DNA of 58,517 nucleotides from a virus (Duplodnaviria; Caudoviricetes). Both the position numbers and the translations under genes were made by a program. The stretch is from IMG/VR virus record IMGVR_UViG_3300031746_000019, positions 1 to 58,517 of that record. One strand, 5' to 3'. This document shows positions 1 through 8,046 of this stretch, piece after piece; position 1 is the first letter of the stretch; each line of letters opens with the position of its first letter. The notes beneath the pieces are model-generated. The model did no database searches. It worked only from the letters and a program-made list of their open reading frames with translations, and was not told the origin of the DNA.

Positions 1-96
1 GACCTGAACCCCCACCGCGGGGGTGCCGATGGCCGCCCCGATGGCGGCCTTCTCCCCGTCCGTCCCCGGACGAGGGTAGATCTGTTTCTGAGTCAT
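1..96 (-). CDS. Hypothetical protein, N-terminal part only (runs off the window edge): MTQKQIYPRPGTDGEKAAIGAAIGTPAVGVQV...
   Basis: Not in the ORF track. ATG at 96 with an AAAGGAG Shine-Dalgarno just upstream; GGTATAAG motif at 131-124. Confidence 0.6.
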   Translation of the reverse strand, partial: MTQKQIYPRPGTDGEKAAIGAAIGTPAVGVQV

Positions 97-123
97 AACT
101 ACTCCTTTCCTCTGTGTACTATC

Positions 124-131
124 CTTATACC
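124..131 (-). promoter_or_regulatory. Candidate phage-specific promoter motif GGTATAAG
   Basis: The same 8-mer recurs at 18432, 26198 and 38099, with a variant at 491. All copies are intergenic, and four of the five lie upstream of minus-strand gene starts. Confidence 0.55.
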
Positions 132-156
132 TATTTGATCAATCTGTTTGTAGGCT

Positions 157-192
157 AAAATGAGGCCCCCCGGTGTGCTCACGAGGGGGGAT
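157..192 (-). terminator. Possible intrinsic terminator after the 69-aa gene
   Basis: On the minus strand a CCCCCC...GGGGGG stem is followed by CCUCAUUUU; the loop is large. Confidence 0.35.
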
Positions 193-238
193 CGTATGCG
201 CCGATCCGGGGGACCTCAAGCTGCTACGAGGGGGGGGC

Positions 239-448
239 CTAGCCGCCCGCCGCCCCTCCCCGCTTCTTCTCCTGGAACGCGGCCAGGCCGCCCTGGCCGC
301 CCTGCTGCTGCGCAAGAAGCTGTCGGGCCTCCTCGACCCGGGACAGCTTCTTGATCGCCGCGCCCTCCGTGGGGAACTGGGTCCCCACGCCGAAGCCGAC
401 CGCAGCTCCACCGATTCCGGTAAGAGTGGGAAGCAACCAACGCCACAT
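239..448 (-). CDS. Small protein with hydrophobic/Gly-rich N-terminus (69 aa), possibly membrane-associated
   Basis: AAAGGAG SD upstream of the ATG; N-terminus MWRWLLPTLTGIGGAAVGFGVG; GGCATAAG motif upstream. Confidence 0.6.
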   Translation of the reverse strand: MWRWLLPTLTGIGGAAVGFGVGTQFPTEGAAIKKLSRVEEARQLLAQQQGGQGGLAAFQEKKRGGAAGG

Positions 449-490
449 GTCCGTCTCCTTTGCAAAGGTTAGTACTTCGGTACCATAGGC

Positions 491-498
491 CTTATGCC
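491..498 (-). promoter_or_regulatory. Candidate phage promoter motif variant GGCATAAG
   Basis: One mismatch to GGTATAAG; about 43 nt upstream of the ATG at 448. Confidence 0.45.
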
Positions 499-530
499 AA
501 TATTTGATCTGGTTTTCACGTCCGTGGGTT

Positions 531-553
531 AAAATGACCCCCCGGAGGGGGTC
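531..553 (-). terminator. Intrinsic terminator ending the replication operon
   Basis: GACCCCC-UCCG-GGGGGUC hairpin followed by AUUUU on the minus strand, directly after the stop at 555-553. Confidence 0.7.
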
Positions 554-738
554 TAGAGGGAGTTTGACCGGAGGACCTTGATCAGGTCCTCCCGGTCATC
601 GATGTTGCTCACATCCACCTCAAGAACGAGCTGGCTGGCAAGCAACTTGAGGCCGTCCAAGGTCAGGTCGGCCAGGAAGTCTTCGGTGATGTATGTCAGA
701 TCTTCGGGAGCAGGGGGCCTGACGTTCCCCTCTACTAG
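553..738 (-). CDS. -1 frame C-terminal extension (about 61 aa, Rho-N/HeH-like helical motif) of the 735..1232 protein
   Basis: Open frame LVEGNVRPPAPEDLTYITEDFLADLTLDGLKLLASQLVLEVDVSNIDDREDLIKVLRSNSL* has no suitable start codon of its own and begins at a G_GGA_AAC heptamer. Confidence 0.65.
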   Translation of the reverse strand, partial: LVEGNVRPPAPEDLTYITEDFLADLTLDGLKLLASQLVLEVDVSNIDDREDLIKVLRSNSL

Positions 739-744
739 TTTCCC
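695..744 (-). other. Programmed -1 ribosomal frameshift signal (slippery heptamer + H-type pseudoknot)
   Basis: G_GGA_AAC (744-738) is in frame directly before the stop. It is followed by a 6-nt spacer UAGUAG, stem 1 AGGGG/CCCCU and stem 2 GUCAGG/UCUGAC. Confidence 0.7.
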
Positions 745-1232
745 TCTTCCCCGTCCTTCTGGAACGCCTCATCCAGCTCTGCGATCCTGGGGTCGAGCTC
801 GTCCGGCTCGTAGGCGGACTTGAACAGGTCCATCACCAGCCCGGAGAGGATGTAGAGCTTGCGCTCCAGCTCGTTCAGATGCTCCGTGGTGGCTTCGTGG
901 TTCTCATCCATGCCCTTCCCGATGGCCTGGAGGTGCTTGACCACGTCAGCTCCCGTGATGGTAGCTGCTGCCTTGCCCTTCGGGGGCTCTGGCTCCGTCT
1001 CCTCCGGCTCCTTGGGGGCGGATGCGAGCTTGCCCTTCCCTGCCGGTGGGGCACCCTTGCCCTTCCCCTTGCTCTTCCCATTCCCGGACTGAGACTCCAA
1101 GATCAGGGACACCAGCTCGTCCGTCTTGTGGTTGGTGGCGGTCCGGTTGTCGATGCCGAGTACCTGCACGGCGGCACGGCGCAGGTCGACGCGGGACAGG
1201 TTTCTGAGTTCTTCTTCGGTGTATTCGGACAT
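735..1232 (-). CDS. Hypothetical protein with N-terminal Rho-N/HeH-like helical motif and C-terminal coiled coil (165 aa)
   Basis: Start reassigned to MSEYTEEEL at 1232, which gives a TAATG overlap with the upstream gene. Motif 'ELRNLSRVDLRRAAVQVLGI...KTDELVSLILESQ'. Confidence 0.6.
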   Translation of the reverse strand: MSEYTEEELRNLSRVDLRRAAVQVLGIDNRTATNHKTDELVSLILESQSGNGKSKGKGKGAPPAGKGKLASAPKEPEETEPEPPKGKAAATITGADVVKHLQAIGKGMDENHEATTEHLNELERKLYILSGLVMDLFKSAYEPDELDPRIAELDEAFQKDGEEGN

Positions 1233-1453
1233 TACCTTCTTCTCCTGGGTTTGGCGCTCGGCTCTTGTTTGACTAGCCCGAATCTGAGCGCTTGCGATCC
1301 GAGCGTATCCTTCAGCACCTTCCTTGCCTCCAACTCGTATCTCTCTGCCCTGAACCAGTTCTTGCATCGGTGCGTATCCAGAATGAGTGCGTGGTCACAG
1401 GCATCCTGGCAGTCATCCAGGTGTCGGCAGGTGCTACAACAGTGAGGGATCAC
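1232..1453 (-). CDS. Small Cys-rich hypothetical protein (73 aa)
   Basis: CCSTC..DDCQDAC...C pattern; start and stop overlap both neighbours. Confidence 0.6.
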   Translation of the reverse strand: MIPHCCSTCRHLDDCQDACDHALILDTHRCKNWFRAERYELEARKVLKDTLGSQALRFGLVKQEPSAKPRRRR

Positions 1454-1779
1454 TTCTCCCTCACTCGTTCTAGAAGCCTGGGCTCACACTCCACCACGGC
1501 ACAGGCTCTGGCTCTGGCTGCTGGGCAATCCCAGCATGCGTAGAACTCACTTCCGCACTTGAGCTGGTTGTAAACGTCCTTCCACTCCTCCTTCATCATC
1601 ATCATGGCTTCTCGATCGTCATCTGCGGGGTCTTTGGTGACCTCGTCAGGGTCTATCCGTCCCTCTATCAGATCGATGAGCACTGGTCTTCCCAGACCGC
1701 GATGAGCGGACAAGCAGCCGGCCTTTCGTGCCAGCTCCGCTAGCTCCGTGAGGTTCAGGTTTGCGTAGTTGTAGGGCAT
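1450..1779 (-). CDS. Hypothetical protein with HeH-like N-terminus and Cys cluster (109 aa)
   Basis: LNLTELAELARKAG motif; C..CWDC..C..C; its stop overlaps the next start. Confidence 0.6.
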   Translation of the reverse strand: MPYNYANLNLTELAELARKAGCLSAHRGLGRPVLIDLIEGRIDPDEVTKDPADDDREAMMMMKEEWKDVYNQLKCGSEFYACWDCPAARARACAVVECEPRLLERVREK

Positions 1780-2221
1780 CGTAAGCCTCCTTTGTCAGTC
1801 CCACCTCCTCTTCGGGGACCCTGCGTAGGACTACGTACAGGCCAGGGCTCTGTGGGTTGCAGTGCTTCTCCTGCTTGAGGCGGAAGTTGTGGGAATCATC
1901 CAGCCCTACAGCCTCCGAGACGGTGTCTTCGATCAGCTTGATGCGATTGGAGAGATCGATCTTCTTGTACCTGTCTCCTTTTGAGGAGTTCTGGTTCTCC
2001 ACCTGGGGGAAGAAGAGGACCAGGTGAAGCTCGTAGGGGACGTTCTTCTGAACCTGCATCAGAGATACACGCCCCTCCTGCTGGATGGTCTTCATGGCCC
2101 TGATCTTGAACGTCCGGGCTTCCTGACTTAAGATCCTCCCCTTGCCGGAAGGATGCCGGATGTAGATGTTGTTCGAAGACGGCGGGAAGTAGGGCACCCA
2201 GATATTCAAGACGTCCATCAC
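1646..2221 (-). CDS. rusA: RusA-family Holliday junction resolvase
   Basis: PPSSNNIY N-terminal motif and the D-L-S-N-x-x-K-x-x-E-D......DDS catalytic pattern of RusA. Confidence 0.75.
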   Translation of the reverse strand: MMDVLNIWVPYFPPSSNNIYIRHPSGKGRILSQEARTFKIRAMKTIQQEGRVSLMQVQKNVPYELHLVLFFPQVENQNSSKGDRYKKIDLSNRIKLIEDTVSEAVGLDDSHNFRLKQEKHCNPQSPGLYVVLRRVPEEEVGLTKEAYDALQLRKPEPHGASGAGTKGRLLVRSSRSGKTSAHRSDRGTDRP

Positions 2222-2829
2222 TTCCCTCTCTTCTTGAAGGGGTCAAGCGCGGATCGATGTGCCCTATGGAAGACCTCCTGTGCGGCAGCAGATCCCTGCT
2301 TTCTGGCTGCTGCTACACCCCTGCCCTCTATGTTGATGCGGCTCTCCAGGGCAGCTATGGCCCTGGAGATGGTCTCGATGTTCCTCTTCAGGCCCTCCAC
2401 GATGACCCTGACCTTGGTCAGTACGCTCTCATCCCGGAATAGGGAGGCGTTGATGGACACGTAGCGCGTATCAATCCTGGCCGCGTCGTCCTTGTCTGCT
2501 ACCGTTCCGTCCTTGAGTCGCCTGATCTTGGCCCAAGAGACGCTGCGCTTCTCCTCCGAACCGTTCCGCTGTACCTGGGCATCTGCCTGACGTCCGAGAG
2601 CGTACCCATACCAGGCGGTGAAACGACCCAGGAGAGCAGTGAGCTGTCCATGGTTCAGCTCCCCCAGGTCCGGAGGCATGGAAGGAAGCTCATCGAAGTC
2701 CCCACCCTTGATGAGCGGCCTGACCACAGCGCCAAGACCCATCCTGGTGAGCTGAGCATCCGCCTCATCTTGCGCATCATCGTAGGCTTGGAGCCCCCTT
2801 TCGTATTCGATCTCGAAGTCCCTAGCCAT
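2218..2829 (-). CDS. Helical coiled-coil protein, possibly a UvsY-like recombination mediator
   Basis: All-helical character and position in the RecA/nuclease cluster; function is inferred only. Confidence 0.4.
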   Translation of the reverse strand: MARDFEIEYERGLQAYDDAQDEADAQLTRMGLGAVVRPLIKGGDFDELPSMPPDLGELNHGQLTALLGRFTAWYGYALGRQADAQVQRNGSEEKRSVSWAKIRRLKDGTVADKDDAARIDTRYVSINASLFRDESVLTKVRVIVEGLKRNIETISRAIAALESRINIEGRGVAAARKQGSAAAQEVFHRAHRSALDPFKKRGK

Positions 2830-3706
2830 GTTTCACCTTCGAGCCTCTCTTGAAAGCCACGGCACCAGCTGCCATGGTGGCCCTGCTTTTCTTTGGGGGC
2901 TTGCAGATCGCTTTGTACTTGCAGGTGGAGCAGTGGTAGCCGTCCTCTCGATCTGGTTCTTCCTCTTTCAGAGCAGCGTCTCGAACGAAATCGATCTTCC
3001 TAGCGATGGCATCCCACCTGGCGTTGTCGAATACTTGCACGAACTCCGCGATGCTGGAGTCGTTCTTGTTGTAGTAGAGGAACACCATGACGGGGAGGTC
3101 GAGGCACTTCTGGTAGATGGTGCCCTGCATGATGTGCTCGGGGTGCGGGCTGGACGTCTTCTGGTACCCAGCATCGTTGATGCTCTTAATCTCAACACCG
3201 AAACGAAGGTCCCTGTCCGGGTCAGTGATGCTGTAGATGCCGTCCGTGTGCCCGTAGATGTCATAGGCGTCTGCGATCTCGCTGGACTTTGGGCTGATAC
3301 CAGCCTCCGGGGAGAAGTGCTCGTACCCACCAGCCAGGGCGGCGATGACGGAGAGGTAGGCCTGGAGTTGCCCGTGTATTACGGTCCCCGTGTCGAAGAT
3401 TCGACGAAGCCTTGGTTCGATGGAGCCCTCGGATTCACCGCCCGTGTAGTCGTAGTAGAGCATCCGAGTACACCCTAGAGGGAACTTACCGCATAGAGAC
3501 TTCCCTGAGTTTGATCCAAGACTGGAGGGGTGGAAGCATTTGTGCTGGCGGTGTTCGTTGATTGTGACAGGTATCTCTATCTTCCTTGAGTCCACGTTCA
3601 TGTCCTCAAGGAAGGCATCGATCCTGGCAACCAGGGAGATGTGTCGGAGCGTAGATCGTAGATCTACCTGTCCGATGTCAGAGATCAGTGTCAGTTTCTC
3701 AGGCAC
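2822..3706 (-). CDS. Cas4-like PD-(D/E)XK exonuclease (stand-alone, non-CRISPR)
   Basis: HPSS..C.R..YY, GTVIH, GHTDG, EIKS, H..Q..IY and C-terminal CxxCxYxxxC motifs. Start reassigned to GTG 3706, overlapping the upstream stop. Confidence 0.8.
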   Translation of the reverse strand: MPEKLTLISDIGQVDLRSTLRHISLVARIDAFLEDMNVDSRKIEIPVTINEHRQHKCFHPSSLGSNSGKSLCGKFPLGCTRMLYYDYTGGESEGSIEPRLRRIFDTGTVIHGQLQAYLSVIAALAGGYEHFSPEAGISPKSSEIADAYDIYGHTDGIYSITDPDRDLRFGVEIKSINDAGYQKTSSPHPEHIMQGTIYQKCLDLPVMVFLYYNKNDSSIAEFVQVFDNARWDAIARKIDFVRDAALKEEEPDREDGYHCSTCKYKAICKPPKKSRATMAAGAVAFKRGSKVKHG

Positions 3707-4220
3707 GCATCCTCTCCACGATTTCGAGGAAGAGTTCGTAGGGGACGACGGCGAACTTCCGTCCGAGCTTTCGGAAGTTGATGACGAGCGCGGGCCATTC
3801 GCCTGCAAGATTCGCATGCCGAATGACAGTCGAGAGGCTTTCCACGAGCAGCCTGTACCCCTTCGTGCTCTCGGTGTACTTGTGCTCGATGCGCCACTCC
3901 CCGACCTTCCGGATGTCGTCCTTCGCATCTTGATTGCCTGACCCCGGTTGGACTCGACCGCCGATGTCTTCTGCTACGCCCCGCTCTAGTTTCCGAGAGA
4001 TCTTAATGCGTCGGCGTCTCTCGTTAACCGTCGTTGTGGACTCCCTTTTCGTCTGGAAGTCGATCTCATAGCCCGTGTCTTGACACTTGTCGCAGATCAA
4101 GAACTCCTGAAGCAGGTCGTCTCCCTGCTTCAGGAGGTAACGGGTAGTCTCCCGGACTCGACCGCAGGCAGAACATCGTTTGCCGAAGCCAAGATACCGG
4201 ATCACTAGTTGCATTCTCAT
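3699..4220 (-). CDS. Hjc-like PD-(D/E)XK nuclease/resolvase with N-terminal zinc ribbon
   Basis: CSAC...CDKC followed by 'LERGVAEDIGGRVQPGSG...DI...IEHKYT'. Confidence 0.65.
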   Translation of the reverse strand: MRMQLVIRYLGFGKRCSACGRVRETTRYLLKQGDDLLQEFLICDKCQDTGYEIDFQTKRESTTTVNERRRRIKISRKLERGVAEDIGGRVQPGSGNQDAKDDIRKVGEWRIEHKYTESTKGYRLLVESLSTVIRHANLAGEWPALVINFRKLGRKFAVVPYELFLEIVERMRA

Positions 4221-5521
4221 TCATCTACGTCCCTGTGACGAATGTGCTGGAGGCCCGACTGAGCCACCATGAGCTTCCAGAGCGTGTTTCTCAGGCCCGT
4301 CTGGGAGTCTGCTAGTGCATCGAGGAACTCGTTCTTGCCGGTGAACTTCTGCTCTCCGACGTAGTAGGTGGCCCCGGCTCTACGGACGATGCCGTTGGCG
4401 GAGCAGTAGTTGACGATGTTCGTATCGACATCTACCTCAGGGGGATCGAAGTAGTAACGGAAGGAGCCGATCTTCCCCTCGTGGGTCCCGGCCTTCCCCT
4501 TAGTGATCTCGAAGGTCAGTTCCTTGCCGACCTTCGTCTTCCCGTCTTTGTCCATGATGATGTCGGATTGACGAAGCTGGATGTCTACTAGCTTCCCGTG
4601 CTTCAGAGCCCAGGACCCACCCACCTTCCACTCCCTGGAACGCATCCCGGCCTTGTTCAGGTTGGCGCGTACCTGGCGGATGCCGATGATCGTAGTCTCG
4701 TTCTCCTCTAGGATGATGCCCTTCCCCTTCCAGCCGCAGGCACAGTAGTAGTTGTACCCGCCCTCGGCGCTGGTCTTCTTGAATTCCAGCTTGTCCCCCT
4801 CGAGTCCGTAGCATTCAGGGCATCGCTTACGTGGGGCAAGCGCGCTCTGTACCTTCTTCATCCACTTCGTCTGGACCGTAGATGCGCTAGCGATTCGAGG
4901 GTCGTCTGCGAGCTCGGTCTGGTCCTCTGCTGTCGTGAGCATGGCATCCCAGGAATCCACGGCCCCAATCTGGAAGACGTTGGATCCGATGAGACGCACC
5001 AGAGCATCCAGGTTCGCCTCGGCTGCACCTCGGAGAACTAGGAATTCCCCACACCCGGCGGCGTCCTTCAGCTCCTTGGCTTCTGGGCCGGTGAGTGGCT
5101 CTTCCCCAGCCTCCCTCCGTCGACGTTTCTCTACCTCTATCTCGTAGTCGGAGTAGGGGACCTTGAATCCGATCTTGCGTGCATAGGCCTTGTCGAAGGG
5201 GAATTCCATGCAGAGCATGAAGATTCTGGTACCGTCCCCATACAGCCGTTGTACCTGGGCGAAGTAGCTGTAGATCAGGAGGTTCTTGCCCACTCCGTCC
5301 GGGCCGTCGATTTGGGACAGTCCCCCCGCTGGGAGACCGCCTCCGGTAGCGATGTCGAGAGAAGGGATACCACAAGGACGCCGTAGATCTAGCCTGCCTT
5401 CCAGGTCGGACCCTCGTTGAAGGACAACCCCGTAGCCTCCCAGGTCAGCATTGATGCTGGCAAGGAGGTTGTCGATTTCTGACTTCTTGGTCGTCGCCTT
5501 GACGCTAGTCTTTTTTGGCAT
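4217..5521 (-). CDS. recA: RecA-like recombinase with a zinc-ribbon insertion
   Basis: SLDIATGGGLPAG, Walker A GPDGVGKN, VDS Walker B, IRQVR and GGSWALKH motifs. Confidence 0.85.
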   Translation of the reverse strand: MPKKTSVKATTKKSEIDNLLASINADLGGYGVVLQRGSDLEGRLDLRRPCGIPSLDIATGGGLPAGGLSQIDGPDGVGKNLLIYSYFAQVQRLYGDGTRIFMLCMEFPFDKAYARKIGFKVPYSDYEIEVEKRRRREAGEEPLTGPEAKELKDAAGCGEFLVLRGAAEANLDALVRLIGSNVFQIGAVDSWDAMLTTAEDQTELADDPRIASASTVQTKWMKKVQSALAPRKRCPECYGLEGDKLEFKKTSAEGGYNYYCACGWKGKGIILEENETTIIGIRQVRANLNKAGMRSREWKVGGSWALKHGKLVDIQLRQSDIIMDKDGKTKVGKELTFEITKGKAGTHEGKIGSFRYYFDPPEVDVDTNIVNYCSANGIVRRAGATYYVGEQKFTGKNEFLDALADSQTGLRNTLWKLMVAQSGLQHIRHRDVDE

Positions 5522-5663
5522 CGGGTCTCTTCTCGAATGGAAGACTTCCCTCCTTCGGATCTAGGGGGATGTTCGTGTTTGGGTGTGGGACCTTATCCCC
5601 CGCCCCCGCCTTCTTTTCCTTCGGAACCTTCTCCGGATCGATGACCACTCCGTATTTTTCCAC
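5505..5663 (-). CDS. Small hypothetical protein (52 aa; MEKYGVVIDPEKVPKEKKAG...)
   Basis: Below the ORF-track cutoff. GTG start with AAGGAG SD; fills the gap between HU and recA. Confidence 0.6.
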   Translation of the reverse strand: MEKYGVVIDPEKVPKEKKAGAGDKVPHPNTNIPLDPKEGSLPFEKRPDAKKD

Positions 5664-6036
5664 GTCTGTCTCCTTTTATGATGTCCATGCCCCGTGTTGG
5701 AGCCTTGATCTTGTCCAATCCGAATCGTGCCTCCACTGGCACGGGGCGATAGACTAGCGCAGATCTATCGATGGCTTCTGCCATCTCATCACATGGGCTG
5801 AACTTCAGCCGTCTTCGCTCAGGCAGTATCATCCTCCCGCCTGTTTTTGGATCTCTAACCTCCTTGGCTTTCGCGAGAAGGTTTTTGAATCGACCCAACC
5901 CATAGATCTGTACGTCTCTACCCTCGGCCACAGCATCCCGTATGATCCTGGTCATAGTACGAAGAAGTTTACGGATCTCTCTGGGAGTGTAGTGGGTCTC
6001 GGACGAGACCTTATTTATCAGGTCCTGGTACTCCAT
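5593..6036 (-). CDS. HU/IHF-family DNA-binding protein
   Basis: 'DLINKVS...VQIYGLGRF....KEVRDPKTG..MILPERRRLKFSP' matches the HU signature. Confidence 0.85.
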   Translation of the reverse strand: MEYQDLINKVSSETHYTPREIRKLLRTMTRIIRDAVAEGRDVQIYGLGRFKNLLAKAKEVRDPKTGGRMILPERRRLKFSPCDEMAEAIDRSALVYRPVPVEARFGLDKIKAPTRGMDIIKGDRRGKIRSGHRSGEGSEGKEGGGGG

Positions 6037-7992
6037 CTAGCCCTTCGCCGCCGCCCAAGAAAATCCCCGACCTGCTTCCGCTGACAAAGGCACAAGTAGC
6101 TCTTCACCTAGTGGATGCTCCATGTGCTGCTGGATGATGGGTGCCGCCTCATCGACGGTCTCTTCGGGAATCTCGAAGATGAGCTCGTCATGGATTTGAA
6201 GAAGCATCTCTACTCCTAGGTCCTTCAGGCGTTGGTCAGCCTCACACCTGAGCATGGCCATGACGATGACGTCACGGGCAGAACCTTGGATGATCGAGTT
6301 GACGCTTTGCCTCTCCGCCTGTGCCAGGTTCTTCTTGGCCGTGCCAGGCAGATTCCACCGCGTCATCTTGTCCAGCATGGTGCCGATGGCGTGTAGCTCG
6401 TGGAATCTTCGTGGCCTGCCGAGAAGGGTCTCGACCATGGCGTGATCGAGGATGAAGTTCTTGGTCCCGTCGATGAACCGCTCTACGTTGGGGTAGGGCT
6501 TGAAGTACCTGCGGATGAGAGCTTTGGCATCATCAATAGAGATGCCCAGCGTCTCCCCCAGGGCTCTCGGTCCTTCTCCGTAATTTAGCGCAAAACCCAA
6601 GGTCTTAGCAGCTTGCCTGGCCAAGACCATCTTCTTCTCGAGATCGCTTAGGTCTACGCCGGACTTCTTCTTCTTGGCTGCGGCTATGATCTCCTCGTAG
6701 GGGTACTCGTACATCAGTGAAGCTGACCCCGTATGGATGTCCCACCCTTTCTTGATGACGTCGATCATGTTGGCGTCTTCGGAGAAGTGGGCCATGAGGC
6801 GCATCTCGAGCTGCGCATAATCTGAGACTAGGAAGATGTGTCCTTCCTTCGGAATGAAGGCGTTGCGCAAACCGAATGGGTCGTTCTCTGACCTAGGTAT
6901 GTTTTGAAGGTTGGGATCTACCGAGCTCTGTCGGCCTGTGACCGTGACATGCTGGGTGAGAGTAGGGTGGATCCGCAGATCTTTATCAATCCACTTGCTC
7001 AGGCCGTCTACATAGGTGCCCTTGATCTTCTGAAGCTCGCGGTACTTGAGCATGAGGGTGGCTGCCTCGATGCCCTTCTTGGACCATGCCTGCAAGCAGC
7101 TTTCGTCCGTGGATGGCTGCCTGTTCCCGCTGTCCCCACCATCAGTCATCTTGATGGGCTCGACGCCGAGCTTCTCGAAGAACAAAGCCCGTACTTGCGG
7201 GGTGCTCTTCAGGTTTAGCTCGTGTCCCGCAATGCGGTTGATCTTCTTGTGGATGCTGTCCATCTCCTTCCCGATCTGCGGAGAGAGGTCGGCCATGTAC
7301 CCAGCATCGATCATTATGCCCCTGCGGCTACACTTATGCAGCACACGGGTGAAGGGCATCTCCACCGCATTGAAGTAGTCCCACAAGACCATGTCACCCG
7401 CGAGGTTGGTCATACCCTCGAGCTTCCCTCGCAAGCAGTGGTAGAGTCGGAAGGTAGCCCAAGCATCGAGAGAGGAGTACGCCTTGGCGCTCTCTGGATT
7501 GTCCCTCATCTCCCGCATCAGTCGTTCAGGGAGAGACTCTCCTCGTTTCCTACCCGAGAAAGCTTCCTTGAACTCGCGCATGTTGAACCCGAGATGATCT
7601 AGGGATGCCTCCTTGAGTCCATGACGACCCTGCCTGTTCTCGTCAACCATCCAGTCCATGACGAGCGTGTCGTAGCAGTCCCCCACGGGGTTACTTACGC
7701 CGGAGTTCTCCAGCATAGCGAAGTCGAAGTTTTGGTTGGTGAAGTACCAGACGATGTTCGGGTTTCTGATCAGCTCTTGCTCCAAGATGCGTAGCATCTC
7801 TTCGGAGAGGCAATAGCGGCTGTCTTCGCTGGGGCAAGCGGACCAGAACAGAACTCGATCTCTGGACCTGTTCAGTCCCGTGGTCTCTGTGTCGACTGCA
7901 CACTCACCCGTATCTTCTATATGGCGGACGAGTCGCATCATCGACTCTGGGTCATCGACCCAGGTCACTGGGGGTACGTATTGGGTCTCCAT
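6037..7992 (-). CDS. polA: DNA polymerase family A (3'-5' exonuclease + polymerase; no 5'-3' exonuclease domain)
   Basis: ExoI DTETTG; motif A DYAQLEMR; motif B RQAAKTLGFALNYG; motif C QIHDELIFE. Confidence 0.95.
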   Translation of the reverse strand: METQYVPPVTWVDDPESMMRLVRHIEDTGECAVDTETTGLNRSRDRVLFWSACPSEDSRYCLSEEMLRILEQELIRNPNIVWYFTNQNFDFAMLENSGVSNPVGDCYDTLVMDWMVDENRQGRHGLKEASLDHLGFNMREFKEAFSGRKRGESLPERLMREMRDNPESAKAYSSLDAWATFRLYHCLRGKLEGMTNLAGDMVLWDYFNAVEMPFTRVLHKCSRRGIMIDAGYMADLSPQIGKEMDSIHKKINRIAGHELNLKSTPQVRALFFEKLGVEPIKMTDGGDSGNRQPSTDESCLQAWSKKGIEAATLMLKYRELQKIKGTYVDGLSKWIDKDLRIHPTLTQHVTVTGRQSSVDPNLQNIPRSENDPFGLRNAFIPKEGHIFLVSDYAQLEMRLMAHFSEDANMIDVIKKGWDIHTGSASLMYEYPYEEIIAAAKKKKSGVDLSDLEKKMVLARQAAKTLGFALNYGEGPRALGETLGISIDDAKALIRRYFKPYPNVERFIDGTKNFILDHAMVETLLGRPRRFHELHAIGTMLDKMTRWNLPGTAKKNLAQAERQSVNSIIQGSARDVIVMAMLRCEADQRLKDLGVEMLLQIHDELIFEIPEETVDEAAPIIQQHMEHPLGEELLVPLSAEAGRGFSWAAAKG

Positions 7993-8002
7993 CCATCCTC
8001 CG

Positions 8003-8038
8003 CAAAGAAAGGGGGGCCCCGAGGTGGGGCCCCCCCTT
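8003..8038 (-). terminator. Intrinsic terminator after the SSB-like gene
   Basis: GGGGGGCCCC/GGGGCCCCCC 10-bp GC stem followed by UUUCUUU on the minus strand. Confidence 0.75.
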
Positions 8039-8046
8039 AGAGTCGA

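Noticed and set aside
3707-3928. N-terminal extensions in the ORF track (also 1233-1367, 18456-18524, 36350-36499, 37233-37385, 33114-33194)
   Set aside because: They overlap upstream genes or promoters; downstream starts with SD or stop-start coupling are more plausible.
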